In this document: piece by piece, positions 28,177 through 36,180 of the stretch
Numbering within the stretch: position 1 is the stretch's first letter
Layout: every line of letters begins with the position of its first letter
Origin: Promethearchaeota archaeon
Lineage (GTDB): Archaea; Asgardarchaeota; Lokiarchaeia; Sigyniarchaeales; SOKP01
Direction of reading: 5' to 3'
Length of the DNA stretch: 64,000 nucleotides
NCBI GenBank assembly: GCA_048940445.1
Contig: JBHLON010000001.1
Span: 83,386 to 147,385, forward strand
Made by a program: the position numbers and the translations under genes
Notes under the pieces: generated by a model
What the model was told of the DNA's origin: nothing
What the model saw: only the letters and a program-made list of their open reading frames with translations
Databases searched by the model: none

Positions 28177-28280
28177 GGGCCCATGGTCTAGAGAATTCGT
28201 TATATATAGAAGATTCGGAAATTTGGTATGACGTCCGCTTGACGTGCGGAAGGTCGGGAGTTCAAGTCTCCCTGGGCCCA
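28177..28280 (+). tRNA. tRNA-Val (anticodon GAC) with a ~31-nt intron in the D-loop
   Basis: Acceptor GGGCCCA/TGGGCCC. Anticodon arm TCCGC-TTGACGT-GCGGA. Variable loop AGGTC. T-arm GGGAG-TTCAAGT-CTCCC. Discriminator A. The D-arm GTCTAG...TTGGTATGAC is interrupted by AT-rich sequence. The gene is a GC-rich island in an AT-rich region. Confidence 0.8.
28192..28222 (+). other. Non-canonical (D-loop) tRNA intron of tRNA-Val
   Basis: Removing 'agaattcgttatatatagaagattcggaaat' restores a 73-nt cloverleaf. The exact boundaries are ambiguous by 1-2 nt. I did not verify a bulge-helix-bulge fold. Confidence 0.6.
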
Positions 28281-28316
28281 TTAACTTATCAAAAGTTAAG
28301 AGGAACACCAAAAGCT

Positions 28317-28796
28317 ATGCCAATAAGAATTCGTTGGAGATCAAAGGAAAATATCCCTTTTGCTTTAATGATTTTAGGAGGATGTGGTCTTTTCCAAGTA
28401 TTATTTATTTTTATTGCTCAATACTTATTAAGAGTTGGAAATTATATAATGATCATTTTAATCCCATTTGGAGCAATAATAGGGTTATACTTTGGAACTA
28501 CTATGGTTTTTGAAGCTTTTGCCCAAGAACAACGAAGAAGGAAATTAAAAAGGCAGTTTCAAAAATTAAGATTCGACTTTTCGATTATTCAAAGATTTTT
28601 AGACTTTCCTGTAGTTAAACCATTACTTATTATATTTATGATTTTCACTCCTTTGTTCTTTATTACATATTATGCAACTCTTTATTATTTGGGTAATATA
28701 ATTTCCTTTTTAGTTGCTGAAATTTTTTCGACTTTAATCTGTTTACTTATAGCAAATCTCGTTGAAAAGAAATATGGAAAAGTAAAAAGATACTAA
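28317..28796 (+). CDS. Small membrane protein, unknown family
   Basis: The track ORF (28239) begins inside the tRNA. The first ATG clear of the tRNA is 28317 ('MPIRIRWRSKE...'). There are four hydrophobic helices separated by a basic 'QEQRRRKLKRQFQKLR' loop. Confidence 0.5.
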   Translation: MPIRIRWRSKENIPFALMILGGCGLFQVLFIFIAQYLLRVGNYIMIILIPFGAIIGLYFGTTMVFEAFAQEQRRRKLKRQFQKLRFDFSIIQRFLDFPVVKPLLIIFMIFTPLFFITYYATLYYLGNIISFLVAEIFSTLICLLIANLVEKKYGKVKRY

Positions 28797-28929
28797 AAAA
28801 TCAATTAAATATTTTTTTTTGATCTCGTAATTATTAAGAAATCATAATAATTTAATACCAAAATAGTTATTATGTATATAACCATAATCGCAATAGGATA
28901 AATCTATAATTAAAAGTTCGATTTCTATC

Positions 28930-29772
28930 ATGGCTAAACTTCAAGTTCGATGCCCTTCTTGTTCAAAGAGTAATTTCATTGAGGTTTCAGATGAAGAAGT
29001 TAAAAAAGCGTCAAAAGGTCTTTTTGCTGTAAATGTTGCAGAAGGGATAGTATGTAACCATTCTTTTGTGGCTTATGTAGATAAAAATTTTACTGTAAGA
29101 GATGCTTTCATAGCCGATTTTCAAGTTGAACTTCCGAGTACTAATACTGAAAAAGTTGTTGAAGTAAAAAAAGATTTTTCTGATTTATTTGACATTGATT
29201 TGATTAAATTAAATATTACCGCCTCTTTATTAGGATATGTTCTAAGAGCTATGATATTTAAAAAGAAAATTGTACTAATTTCTAATCAACAATATATCTT
29301 TAATCAAGTTTCAAACTTTTTTCATTACATCACCGAAAATTCTTTTGGGATAGATCTTATCTTAATTGATGAGAATCAATATAACAAGGACTCATTTGGC
29401 GATCATTTCGCTTTTAAAGGTCGAGAAATTGTTACTGATTTTAACGGTAAGCTCGAATCCACAAAGATAAATGTTGAGAAAACTATAATTCAAAAATTCT
29501 TAAATGAATATGATCCTATGACAAGCTTAATCATACTAAAGAATGAAATTCAAAAAGCATTTCAGCTGTCTAAAACAATAGTAGAGATAATTAACAATTT
29601 AAAGAAAAATGAAAAAATCTATTCTAAAAAATTAATAATTGAATTAGAAAAAAGACATAATCTAAAAATAGTAATACCCTATTTAGAGTTTCTTTATGAA
29701 ATTGTAGAAAATTATTTTGACGTAAAAATCCCAAAATCGTCAGGTATTTCCAATTTCCTCGGGACCTTATAA
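28930..29772 (+). CDS. Zinc-ribbon protein with a C-terminal alpha/beta domain (weak DENN-core-like segment)
   Basis: 280 aa. 'RCPSCSKS...VCNHS' forms a CxxC...CxH site. The central 'LLGYVLRAMIFKKKIVLISNQQYIFNQVSNFFHYI' resembles the DENN-core 'aLLxErrIvlxSsxxxxLxxvxxal' pattern. No family is confirmed. Confidence 0.35.
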   Translation: MAKLQVRCPSCSKSNFIEVSDEEVKKASKGLFAVNVAEGIVCNHSFVAYVDKNFTVRDAFIADFQVELPSTNTEKVVEVKKDFSDLFDIDLIKLNITASLLGYVLRAMIFKKKIVLISNQQYIFNQVSNFFHYITENSFGIDLILIDENQYNKDSFGDHFAFKGREIVTDFNGKLESTKINVEKTIIQKFLNEYDPMTSLIILKNEIQKAFQLSKTIVEIINNLKKNEKIYSKKLIIELEKRHNLKIVIPYLEFLYEIVENYFDVKIPKSSGISNFLGTL

Positions 29773-29921
29773 ATTTAGATCAAAAAGCTAATATAATTAC
29801 TTTGAATACTTACCTAATAATATTAACTACTTATTCTGATCTAAATATAGGAAATATTAAATTAATTGATTATTATTAGACAATCATATTAATAGGATAA
29901 GGAAAACGTGTTATAAATAAG

Positions 29922-30782
29922 GTGATTGATAAAATGAATGATCTCATATTTTTTAGTTTGATTATGTTAATATTTTTGAGAGCTGTAGGATTAGGAGTTT
30001 CTGTGGAATTCTTTTATAACACGAGAGATCGGAAATTCATATCTTTCATTTTCTGCTGGATTTTTTGGATGATTGCGAACATCTTTCCAATATTAGCAGA
30101 TATTGTCTTAAATATGAGTTTAAAAGAAATTTTTCTTATAGTTAATATATTATTTTTTATTCTTGGAGTTATTTTTTACTTTTGGGGATTTTGGCAATAT
30201 TATCTAATAATATCATCAAGGATATTGATTGCTTTAATAATTATATCTATTATAACCCCTCTTTTATTGTATATTCTGATCGATTTCAATATTGCTATGA
30301 CATTTTCGACAATGATTATTATGCTTTTATTTCTGAGTGGATATATAATACCACCATTAAAAAAAAGGGAATTTGTAAAATATATGGGTAAAACAATAAG
30401 ATGGTATTATGCGGCAACAGTAACATTTGTTCTTTATTTTCCAATTTCAATTATAAGTTACACATTAGGATACAGATATGGCGTGTATTTCGCTGAGGAA
30501 CCCCTGATTATAATATTATACTATATTCCTAGCCTTGGTATTACGCTATTACTCATTGTTTTACTCGTTCACATCGAATACTCTATTTCCTCTCGTCATA
30601 AAAATGATTTGAAGGATAAATATTCTCATGATTTAGGGAATATAATGCAGGCAATTAGTTCTGCTTATGAACTTTATAGCTTAAAGCTTGAAAATATTAA
30701 AGGATCTGCCGAATTGGATAATATGTTAAAATCAAAGATTACTGAGGCCGGTAAACTAATTAAAGATATACGGGAATTATAA
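29922..30782 (+). CDS. Membrane protein ending in a HisKA-like (DHp) helix; no kinase ATPase domain
   Basis: 286 aa with about 6-7 TM helices. The C-terminus has 'KYSHDLGNIMQAISSAYEL' (an H-box like SHDLRNPL), and the ORF stops about 45 aa later without N/G1/G2 boxes. Confidence 0.55.
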   Translation: MIDKMNDLIFFSLIMLIFLRAVGLGVSVEFFYNTRDRKFISFIFCWIFWMIANIFPILADIVLNMSLKEIFLIVNILFFILGVIFYFWGFWQYYLIISSRILIALIIISIITPLLLYILIDFNIAMTFSTMIIMLLFLSGYIIPPLKKREFVKYMGKTIRWYYAATVTFVLYFPISIISYTLGYRYGVYFAEEPLIIILYYIPSLGITLLLIVLLVHIEYSISSRHKNDLKDKYSHDLGNIMQAISSAYELYSLKLENIKGSAELDNMLKSKITEAGKLIKDIREL

Positions 30783-30898
30783 ATCAAAATTATTATAATA
30801 ATAATTATTTCATAGTTTTCGTAAAATGTCTGTTTCACGAAAATTCATCTAATTAGGATAGCTTATTATAATACTTATATTAAATTAAGTATGTAAAA

Positions 30899-30989
30899 TG
30901 CGTCGTCCGGGATTTGAACCCGGGTCCCGCGCGTTCTGCTTTCAATTAGAAAATGGCAGGCGCGGATTCTACCACTATACTAACGACGC
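30899..30989 (-). tRNA. tRNA-Gly (anticodon GCC) with a canonical 37/38 intron (~20 nt)
   Basis: The reverse complement gives acceptor GCGTCGT/ACGACGC, D-arm GTAT-AGTGGTA-GAAT, and anticodon stem CGCGC/GCGCG with loop CTGCCA[intron]C. The T-arm is CCGGG-TTCAAAT-CCCGG and the discriminator is A. Intron 'GCAG' can pair with 'CTGC' of the anticodon loop. Confidence 0.85.
30934..30953 (-). other. Canonical-position intron of tRNA-Gly(GCC)
   Basis: 20 nt 'TTTTCTAATTGAAAGCAGAA' (tRNA-sense) lie between A37 and C38. Removing them yields a 71-nt tRNA. Confidence 0.7.
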
Positions 30990-31060
30990 TTTATTTAAGA
31001 TTTAAAAAACTGCTAAATTATACTAAAATAAATTAGTTTAAAGAAAAAAAACTTTTTTAA

Positions 31061-31924
31061 TTAATCTTTTAAATCAAATATTATTTCAACTGAACTGACA
31101 ATCCCCAACTTACGGGCAAATCTTCTAATATATTGAATCCTATGTTTTTTAATTACATCTGAGACAATCAAAGTTGGAATAAAAGGAAGGATCATAAAAA
31201 AAGGGAACGGAATGAAAATTGCCAATAAAATGGAAAATAAACTTGTAAAACTAGCCGTTTCTACTAAAAAGATAGTAATAAATTCAAAATAGGAGAATAT
31301 TACTGATACACCAGCGTAACCTTTTAGAAATTGCCCATACCATCTCCCTATAGAACGAACCTCAGGTGGATTAATTGTTTTATCTAATTTATTTCTATTA
31401 GAATAGATTATACCAGAATCACTTAAAAACCATGTAGTAGAGAAAAGTATTGTTGCAAGAAAAAAAGTTAGTACTAATAATACTACAAAGGTAGTAGCAT
31501 AATCTGCTTGAGTAGTCGGTATGCTCCCTCTTGAGAAGGTGACAATTTCAGGAGTAAGTAAAAATAATGAGAAATTAATAGCCATTAATGCAGAAAATAA
31601 ACCAGAAGAAAAATATTTAAATTTGGGAAATTCTGGTCTATTGAAAAGTCCATATTCCATTTTGGTTTTAAAGATTTTTTTATGGATATAAAGAAAAAAC
31701 GGTGAAAATCCATATCCACCAACAAATAAACCAATTAAAGAAGATACGGGTAATATGATTATAGAAAGTAATCCTGTTTCTAATCCCATATCAGAAATTG
31801 GAATTAATTTAGTTAAATCATCGGTTCTTCCAATAATTAAAGAAAAAGTAATAGAGATCCCAATCCAAAATAAGCAATAAAATAAAAAGAACAATAAAGC
31901 TCGTTTATATTTCCCAATTTTCAT
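31061..31924 (-). CDS. Polytopic membrane protein, unknown family, translationally coupled to the upstream small GTPase
   Basis: 287 aa with multiple TM helices. Its ATG (31922-31924) is 1 nt from the GTPase stop codon (31926-31928). Confidence 0.6.
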   Translation of the reverse strand: MKIGKYKRALLFFLFYCLFWIGISITFSLIIGRTDDLTKLIPISDMGLETGLLSIIILPVSSLIGLFVGGYGFSPFFLYIHKKIFKTKMEYGLFNRPEFPKFKYFSSGLFSALMAINFSLFLLTPEIVTFSRGSIPTTQADYATTFVVLLVLTFFLATILFSTTWFLSDSGIIYSNRNKLDKTINPPEVRSIGRWYGQFLKGYAGVSVIFSYFEFITIFLVETASFTSLFSILLAIFIPFPFFMILPFIPTLIVSDVIKKHRIQYIRRFARKLGIVSSVEIIFDLKD

Positions 31925-31925
31925 A

Positions 31926-32444
31926 TTATTTTACCATAATTCTACTAATTATATCAAATACTATATCTATATTTTCTCCAGTTTTGGAAGAACACTCTAA
32001 ATATTCTAAGAAATTATTTTCATTGGTAAAATTTTTAGCTTCTTCCTGGGAGATTGTTCTATTCTCCATAAGATCTAATTTACCACCAACTAAGACTTTA
32101 GGAACTTCTTGATTATGAGTTTGATTTGAATTATCAAACACCGTTAGCCAATCTGTTAAATTTTTAAAAGTATTATATCGGGTAAGATCATACATAAAGA
32201 TAGCCCCATGTGTGCCTACTAGAGTGCTAGATAATAAAAATCTGAACTTATCTTCACCTGCAAAATCCCATATATGAAGAGCAATCTTATTACCATTCAA
32301 ATGTAGTTTCTTTACATAAAAATCCATGCCTAATGTTAATTTGTATGACTCTTTAAAAACACCAGAAAGATATCGATGCGTTAGAGTAGTCTTTCCAACA
32401 GCAGAATCCCCTAAAATGCAGACCTTATACTGATTATCTTCCAT
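31926..32444 (-). CDS. Rab/Ras-like small GTPase (Asgard-type), no C-terminal lipidation motif
   Basis: G1 'GDSAVGKT'; switch I 'TLGMDF'; G3 'WDFAGED'; G4 'GGKLD'; G5 'CSSKTG'. 172 aa, ending '...RIMVK'. Confidence 0.85.
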   Translation of the reverse strand: MEDNQYKVCILGDSAVGKTTLTHRYLSGVFKESYKLTLGMDFYVKKLHLNGNKIALHIWDFAGEDKFRFLLSSTLVGTHGAIFMYDLTRYNTFKNLTDWLTVFDNSNQTHNQEVPKVLVGGKLDLMENRTISQEEAKNFTNENNFLEYLECSSKTGENIDIVFDIISRIMVK

Positions 32445-32703
32445 GTTTCAGATATGAGATTAAGTATTCGTTTTAATAGTTCGTAATTTCTTTACAATAT
32501 GATATAAAGCCTACAATTTAAGTATTAATTTATCAATAGATTTAAAAAGAAAAAATACATAGCAATTTTTTAAAAAATAGAGGAAACATTGATTCAATTA
32601 ATAGGAAAATTCAAATGAAACACGGGTAATATCATCAATCGTGTAATATTTTTATTAATCTAATAATATTATAAGAAAAAAGTCTATTTGTATTAATATT
32701 ATC

Positions 32704-33729
32704 CTACACAATTTTTGAGATTACTTGTTTAATAGGATTACTTTTAACAAAAGTTTCTAATTCATATGAACTATTAGGAAGTCCTTCACGAACACCAATT
32801 TCTTTACATTCTAGATAGGACATTGCTGTAGCCATTTTTGAAGCCTTTTGTAAATCAAAATTATTTAATTCTGAAATTAGGAGCCCGGAAAGGAACGCAT
32901 CTCCCGCACCAGTTGTATCTTCTACAGAACCTGGATAAACAGAACTATTAACAATATGATTACCATCAGAGATAATGGAGCCATTGGGTCCATCTGTTAT
33001 AGAAATTAATTTTATCCCCATATCTAAAAAATGATGGATCATATGGGTTGCATCCTTTTCATTTGTGAATTCTTCAGCTTCTTCTTTATTTAAAGAAACT
33101 ACATCAGAATTGGATATTAATTCTTTGGCCCATTTCGGGTTATTTTTAATTATTGACATGCTAGGAGCAGCAAAGATTCTGCCATTTTGGTCTATTGTGA
33201 GATCTATTGCTTTTTTAATAGCTTTACAGCCATTTTCAGAAGTTAAAGAAGTCCATGCAAACGCTTTTGCATTGTTAAAAATTTCATCTTTGATATTAGA
33301 AGCCTCCAATAAGTTATTAGCCCCTTTATAAGCAAGTATACTTCTATCTTTTCCCCATTCTGTCTTTAAGATCACTGAAAATGCTGTATTATCTTTCTCA
33401 GTCTGAATAATGTTAGACATATCGACTCCTCTATTTTTCATATCTTCTAGACATATATTTGCTGAAAAATCTTTACCCATAATACCAATATATGTGCTTT
33501 TTAATCCTAGCATAGCACAATTAGTTGCAATATTTGCTGCAGAACCCCCTGGGACAAATCTAACTTTTTCAACGTTAAGTTTTCGACTATATTCAATAGC
33601 AGTGTATTTTTTAACTATATCTTTATCTAATAATTCGAATCTAAGAATATCATTTACTTGAATCATGCAATCAAGGGTGCAACTTCCAATTGTAATTACA
33701 TCAAAATTACTGTTCATTTTATACCACAA
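32704..33729 (-). CDS. PfkB-family carbohydrate/nucleoside kinase
   Basis: 'GGSAANIA' and 'DTTGAGDAFLSG' signatures. ATG 33717 (MNSNF...) is an alternative start. Confidence 0.85.
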   Translation of the reverse strand: MWYKMNSNFDVITIGSCTLDCMIQVNDILRFELLDKDIVKKYTAIEYSRKLNVEKVRFVPGGSAANIATNCAMLGLKSTYIGIMGKDFSANICLEDMKNRGVDMSNIIQTEKDNTAFSVILKTEWGKDRSILAYKGANNLLEASNIKDEIFNNAKAFAWTSLTSENGCKAIKKAIDLTIDQNGRIFAAPSMSIIKNNPKWAKELISNSDVVSLNKEEAEEFTNEKDATHMIHHFLDMGIKLISITDGPNGSIISDGNHIVNSSVYPGSVEDTTGAGDAFLSGLLISELNNFDLQKASKMATAMSYLECKEIGVREGLPNSSYELETFVKSNPIKQVISKIV

Positions 33730-33817
33730 ATATTAAAAAGTTGAAATCGATGAATATGTTAAAAATAAAGCTTTAACTTAAATAGTTTTAGCTAATAAGA
33801 TAATTGTATTATTATTA

Positions 33818-33864
33818 AATGTTTAAAGAGCTTTCTAAATCAAGAATTAAAGCCTTTAAACATT
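33818..33864. repeat. 11-bp perfect inverted repeat (AATGTTTAAAG ... CTTTAAACATT) with a 25-nt spacer
   Basis: Read directly from the sequence. It is intergenic, between the MFS gene end and the PfkB kinase start. Confidence 0.6.
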
Positions 33865-34014
33865 AATTTTTGATTTTAAACTTAATTTTCATTAATTAGA
33901 TTCAAACTGTATTTTAACAGAAACTTTGAATTAGGAATTGAGTAAACCTACGTTTTTAAATATCTTAGACAAGAGAAGAAGTAATAAGTAAATTTCCGGA
34001 GATTATTTGGGCCT

Positions 34015-35196
34015 TTAATTTCTTTCCTCTTCTGGGGGTTTGATATTACGAAATATAAAATAAATTGCTATATCATACACAATTTTAATACTTCCACCAA
34101 AAACAAATGGTAAAATAAAATTTCCCGTATCAATTAATGATGTAGCTAATGGAGGACTGATAGATGAGGATACTGTTCGAACAGTATTAGTAATTGCTGC
34201 AGTTGATGCTCTATCTTCAGATTTAACTATTGCATTTACATAAGATTGCCTTGTGGGAACATCCATTTGTGAAATTGATTGCCGTAAGAGTAACAGTACT
34301 ACCGCAAATACCAATGTAGGGGCAAAAGGTACGGCTATTAAAAAGATATTAGAAGGAATGTGTGTGATAACCATCGTTTTTAATAGACCAACTCTTTTTG
34401 CTAAAATTGGTGCTAAAACTATAGAGATTGCCGTGATAATATCTGTAAGAGAGAAAATAATTGATAAAGATATTAATTGCACATTGAATCTTAAATAGAA
34501 CCATGTTGAAAGCAAGACTTTAACGATGAATCCTCCTCCAAACGCGTCAATTGAAAACAAAGAAGATAATTTTAAAACAATTTTTCTTGAATCGGAATGA
34601 AATATTATTTTTTCAGATTTAGCAAAAATTTCATCAATATTTTTGAAACTCAAATATATGATCATTTGAAATATACCGATAATTAAATATGCATAAAAAG
34701 CAAAACTTAAAGATAAGCCAACTTGTGGTAAAAAATCTGGTAGCCCACTGAATAGAGATCCTAACGACATGGACACGTAACCAACGAAATTGTAAAAGCT
34801 AAAAATATGAGTTCTTTTTGTGTCATCTACAGACCAAGAAATTATTGATTGTTCAATACTTTGAAAAGGTCCTGTTTCTGTTCCATGAGCACTCAATAAA
34901 CCGATAAGAGCCGCAACAATGATCATAGTTGAATTTAAGTTCCATAGGAATAGCGATGCAGAGACAACCATTAAGAATGAGAGAAACACCAATATCCAGC
35001 GTTGACCTATTCGTTTTATTACTAACGTTAATATGATATTAAAGGGGATATTTGATAAGATCATCAAAGAAACAATAATACCTACAAAAGTCAGGTTATA
35101 ACCTTGACCAAGTAAATATAACGGTAAAATGATACTCATAAGTGAACTTCCAAATACTCTTATAAATTTTACTACCATTAATTTTTGAATTAGCAT
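34015..35196 (-). CDS. MFS transporter
   Basis: 393 aa with a 12-TM-like layout and a central loop, which is typical MFS organisation. Confidence 0.7.
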   Translation of the reverse strand: MLIQKLMVVKFIRVFGSSLMSIILPLYLLGQGYNLTFVGIIVSLMILSNIPFNIILTLVIKRIGQRWILVFLSFLMVVSASLFLWNLNSTMIIVAALIGLLSAHGTETGPFQSIEQSIISWSVDDTKRTHIFSFYNFVGYVSMSLGSLFSGLPDFLPQVGLSLSFAFYAYLIIGIFQMIIYLSFKNIDEIFAKSEKIIFHSDSRKIVLKLSSLFSIDAFGGGFIVKVLLSTWFYLRFNVQLISLSIIFSLTDIITAISIVLAPILAKRVGLLKTMVITHIPSNIFLIAVPFAPTLVFAVVLLLLRQSISQMDVPTRQSYVNAIVKSEDRASTAAITNTVRTVSSSISPPLATSLIDTGNFILPFVFGGSIKIVYDIAIYFIFRNIKPPEEERN

Positions 35197-35321
35197 AATA
35201 AAATTACTAAAAGTAGAATTAACTAAAAAATCATATTATTTTGAAAATCTATTTAATAAAGGAGAACTGAAAGCTAAATAAATTTAGTTTCAATATAAAA
35301 TTTTTTAGGAAAAGGTAAATT

Positions 35322-35948
35322 TTAATCTCTCGATTTTAATTTATTGAGTTCTTCTTCTAATTCCTTAATCTTACCATCGGGTTCTACAGAGGGTAATGCT
35401 CCCCCTACTTCAGCTCCAATTTCTGCATCTATTTCACCTAAAACATCCTTAACATCAGTATCAGTAACTGCAGTATCAATCATTAAATCATTTATTCCAT
35501 CAGTAGTTATTTCTTCCGTAACATTAAAGTCTTCGATATCTACTCCAATTTGAGTCATAAGTTCGGTAATTTGTGGAATTGATAATGAATTTTTTAGCGC
35601 ACCAAGACTCATTGCTATTCCTCTCATAATTTCAGCAACATCTTTTACAGCACTAGCTTGTTCCAACTTAAAGACCATACCTTCAAGGTTTGTCCTGAAT
35701 AGGTCTATTGCTCTTGCTTGTTTCTTAACTTGTAAGTAGTTACGAGCGTGAAATTCCGAACCCTGCATATCACCAGCTTTTCGAAGATTGACAGCTTTGT
35801 CCCTTGCAAGTTTTGCTGACATCTCCATTTTTTTTGTTTGCCTCATTAATCGTTTGTTAAAAACTTTTAATTTTACGGTCGCAGATCGTACAGTATCCTT
35901 TTTACGACCTCCGGATAACCAACCCGAAAGATCTTTCAAAAATCCCAT
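35322..35948 (-). CDS. ESCRT-III (Snf7/CHMP family; Vps2/24/46-like)
   Basis: 208 aa. The N-terminal half is a basic helical hairpin ('KLKVFNKRLMRQTKKMEMSAKLARDKAVNLRKAG...'). The C-terminal half is acidic. The terminal 'IKELEEELNKLKSR' has MIM1-like Leu spacing. The gene is divergent from vps4. Confidence 0.85.
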   Translation of the reverse strand: MGFLKDLSGWLSGGRKKDTVRSATVKLKVFNKRLMRQTKKMEMSAKLARDKAVNLRKAGDMQGSEFHARNYLQVKKQARAIDLFRTNLEGMVFKLEQASAVKDVAEIMRGIAMSLGALKNSLSIPQITELMTQIGVDIEDFNVTEEITTDGINDLMIDTAVTDTDVKDVLGEIDAEIGAEVGGALPSVEPDGKIKELEEELNKLKSRD

Positions 35949-36163
35949 TTTTCATCAACTTTTAGTTAATTTATATAATATAAAAAAATTCGAGATTATA
36001 TAATTTTTTGTAGACCAATAATTAAGATGATAAATCTCGAGGAGACATCATACCAAAAAGAAAATTTGTATTAACTTTTTTTAATGTTTAATAAAAGTGA
36101 AGATTGGTATTAGATTAATTTAAATAACAATTGAAATATTATAAAATAAAATAAGCTAAAAAT

Positions 36164-36180
36164 AAGAGGTTTTAATTATC
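36164..36180 (+). promoter_or_regulatory. Shine-Dalgarno (AAGAGGT) plus in-frame near-cognate start candidates ATT (36175) / ATC (36178) for vps4
   Basis: GAGGT at 36166-36170 immediately follows the in-frame stop TAA (36163-36165). ATT and ATC lie 4 and 7 nt downstream, in the Vps4 frame. Confidence 0.45.

Noticed and set aside
28239-28513. Track ORFs 28239-28796 (N-terminal part) and 28244-28513, which begin inside the tRNA-Val gene
   Set aside because: Their first ~14-27 codons are the tRNA anticodon arm, T-arm and acceptor sequence. I trimmed the real CDS to ATG 28317, and the 89-aa alternative frame is discarded.
28281-30898. The idea that the three genes bracketed by tRNA-Val and tRNA-Gly are an integrated mobile element
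   Set aside because: There is no integrase or recombinase and no phage or plasmid genes. I also saw no direct repeat of either tRNA 3' end within the segment.
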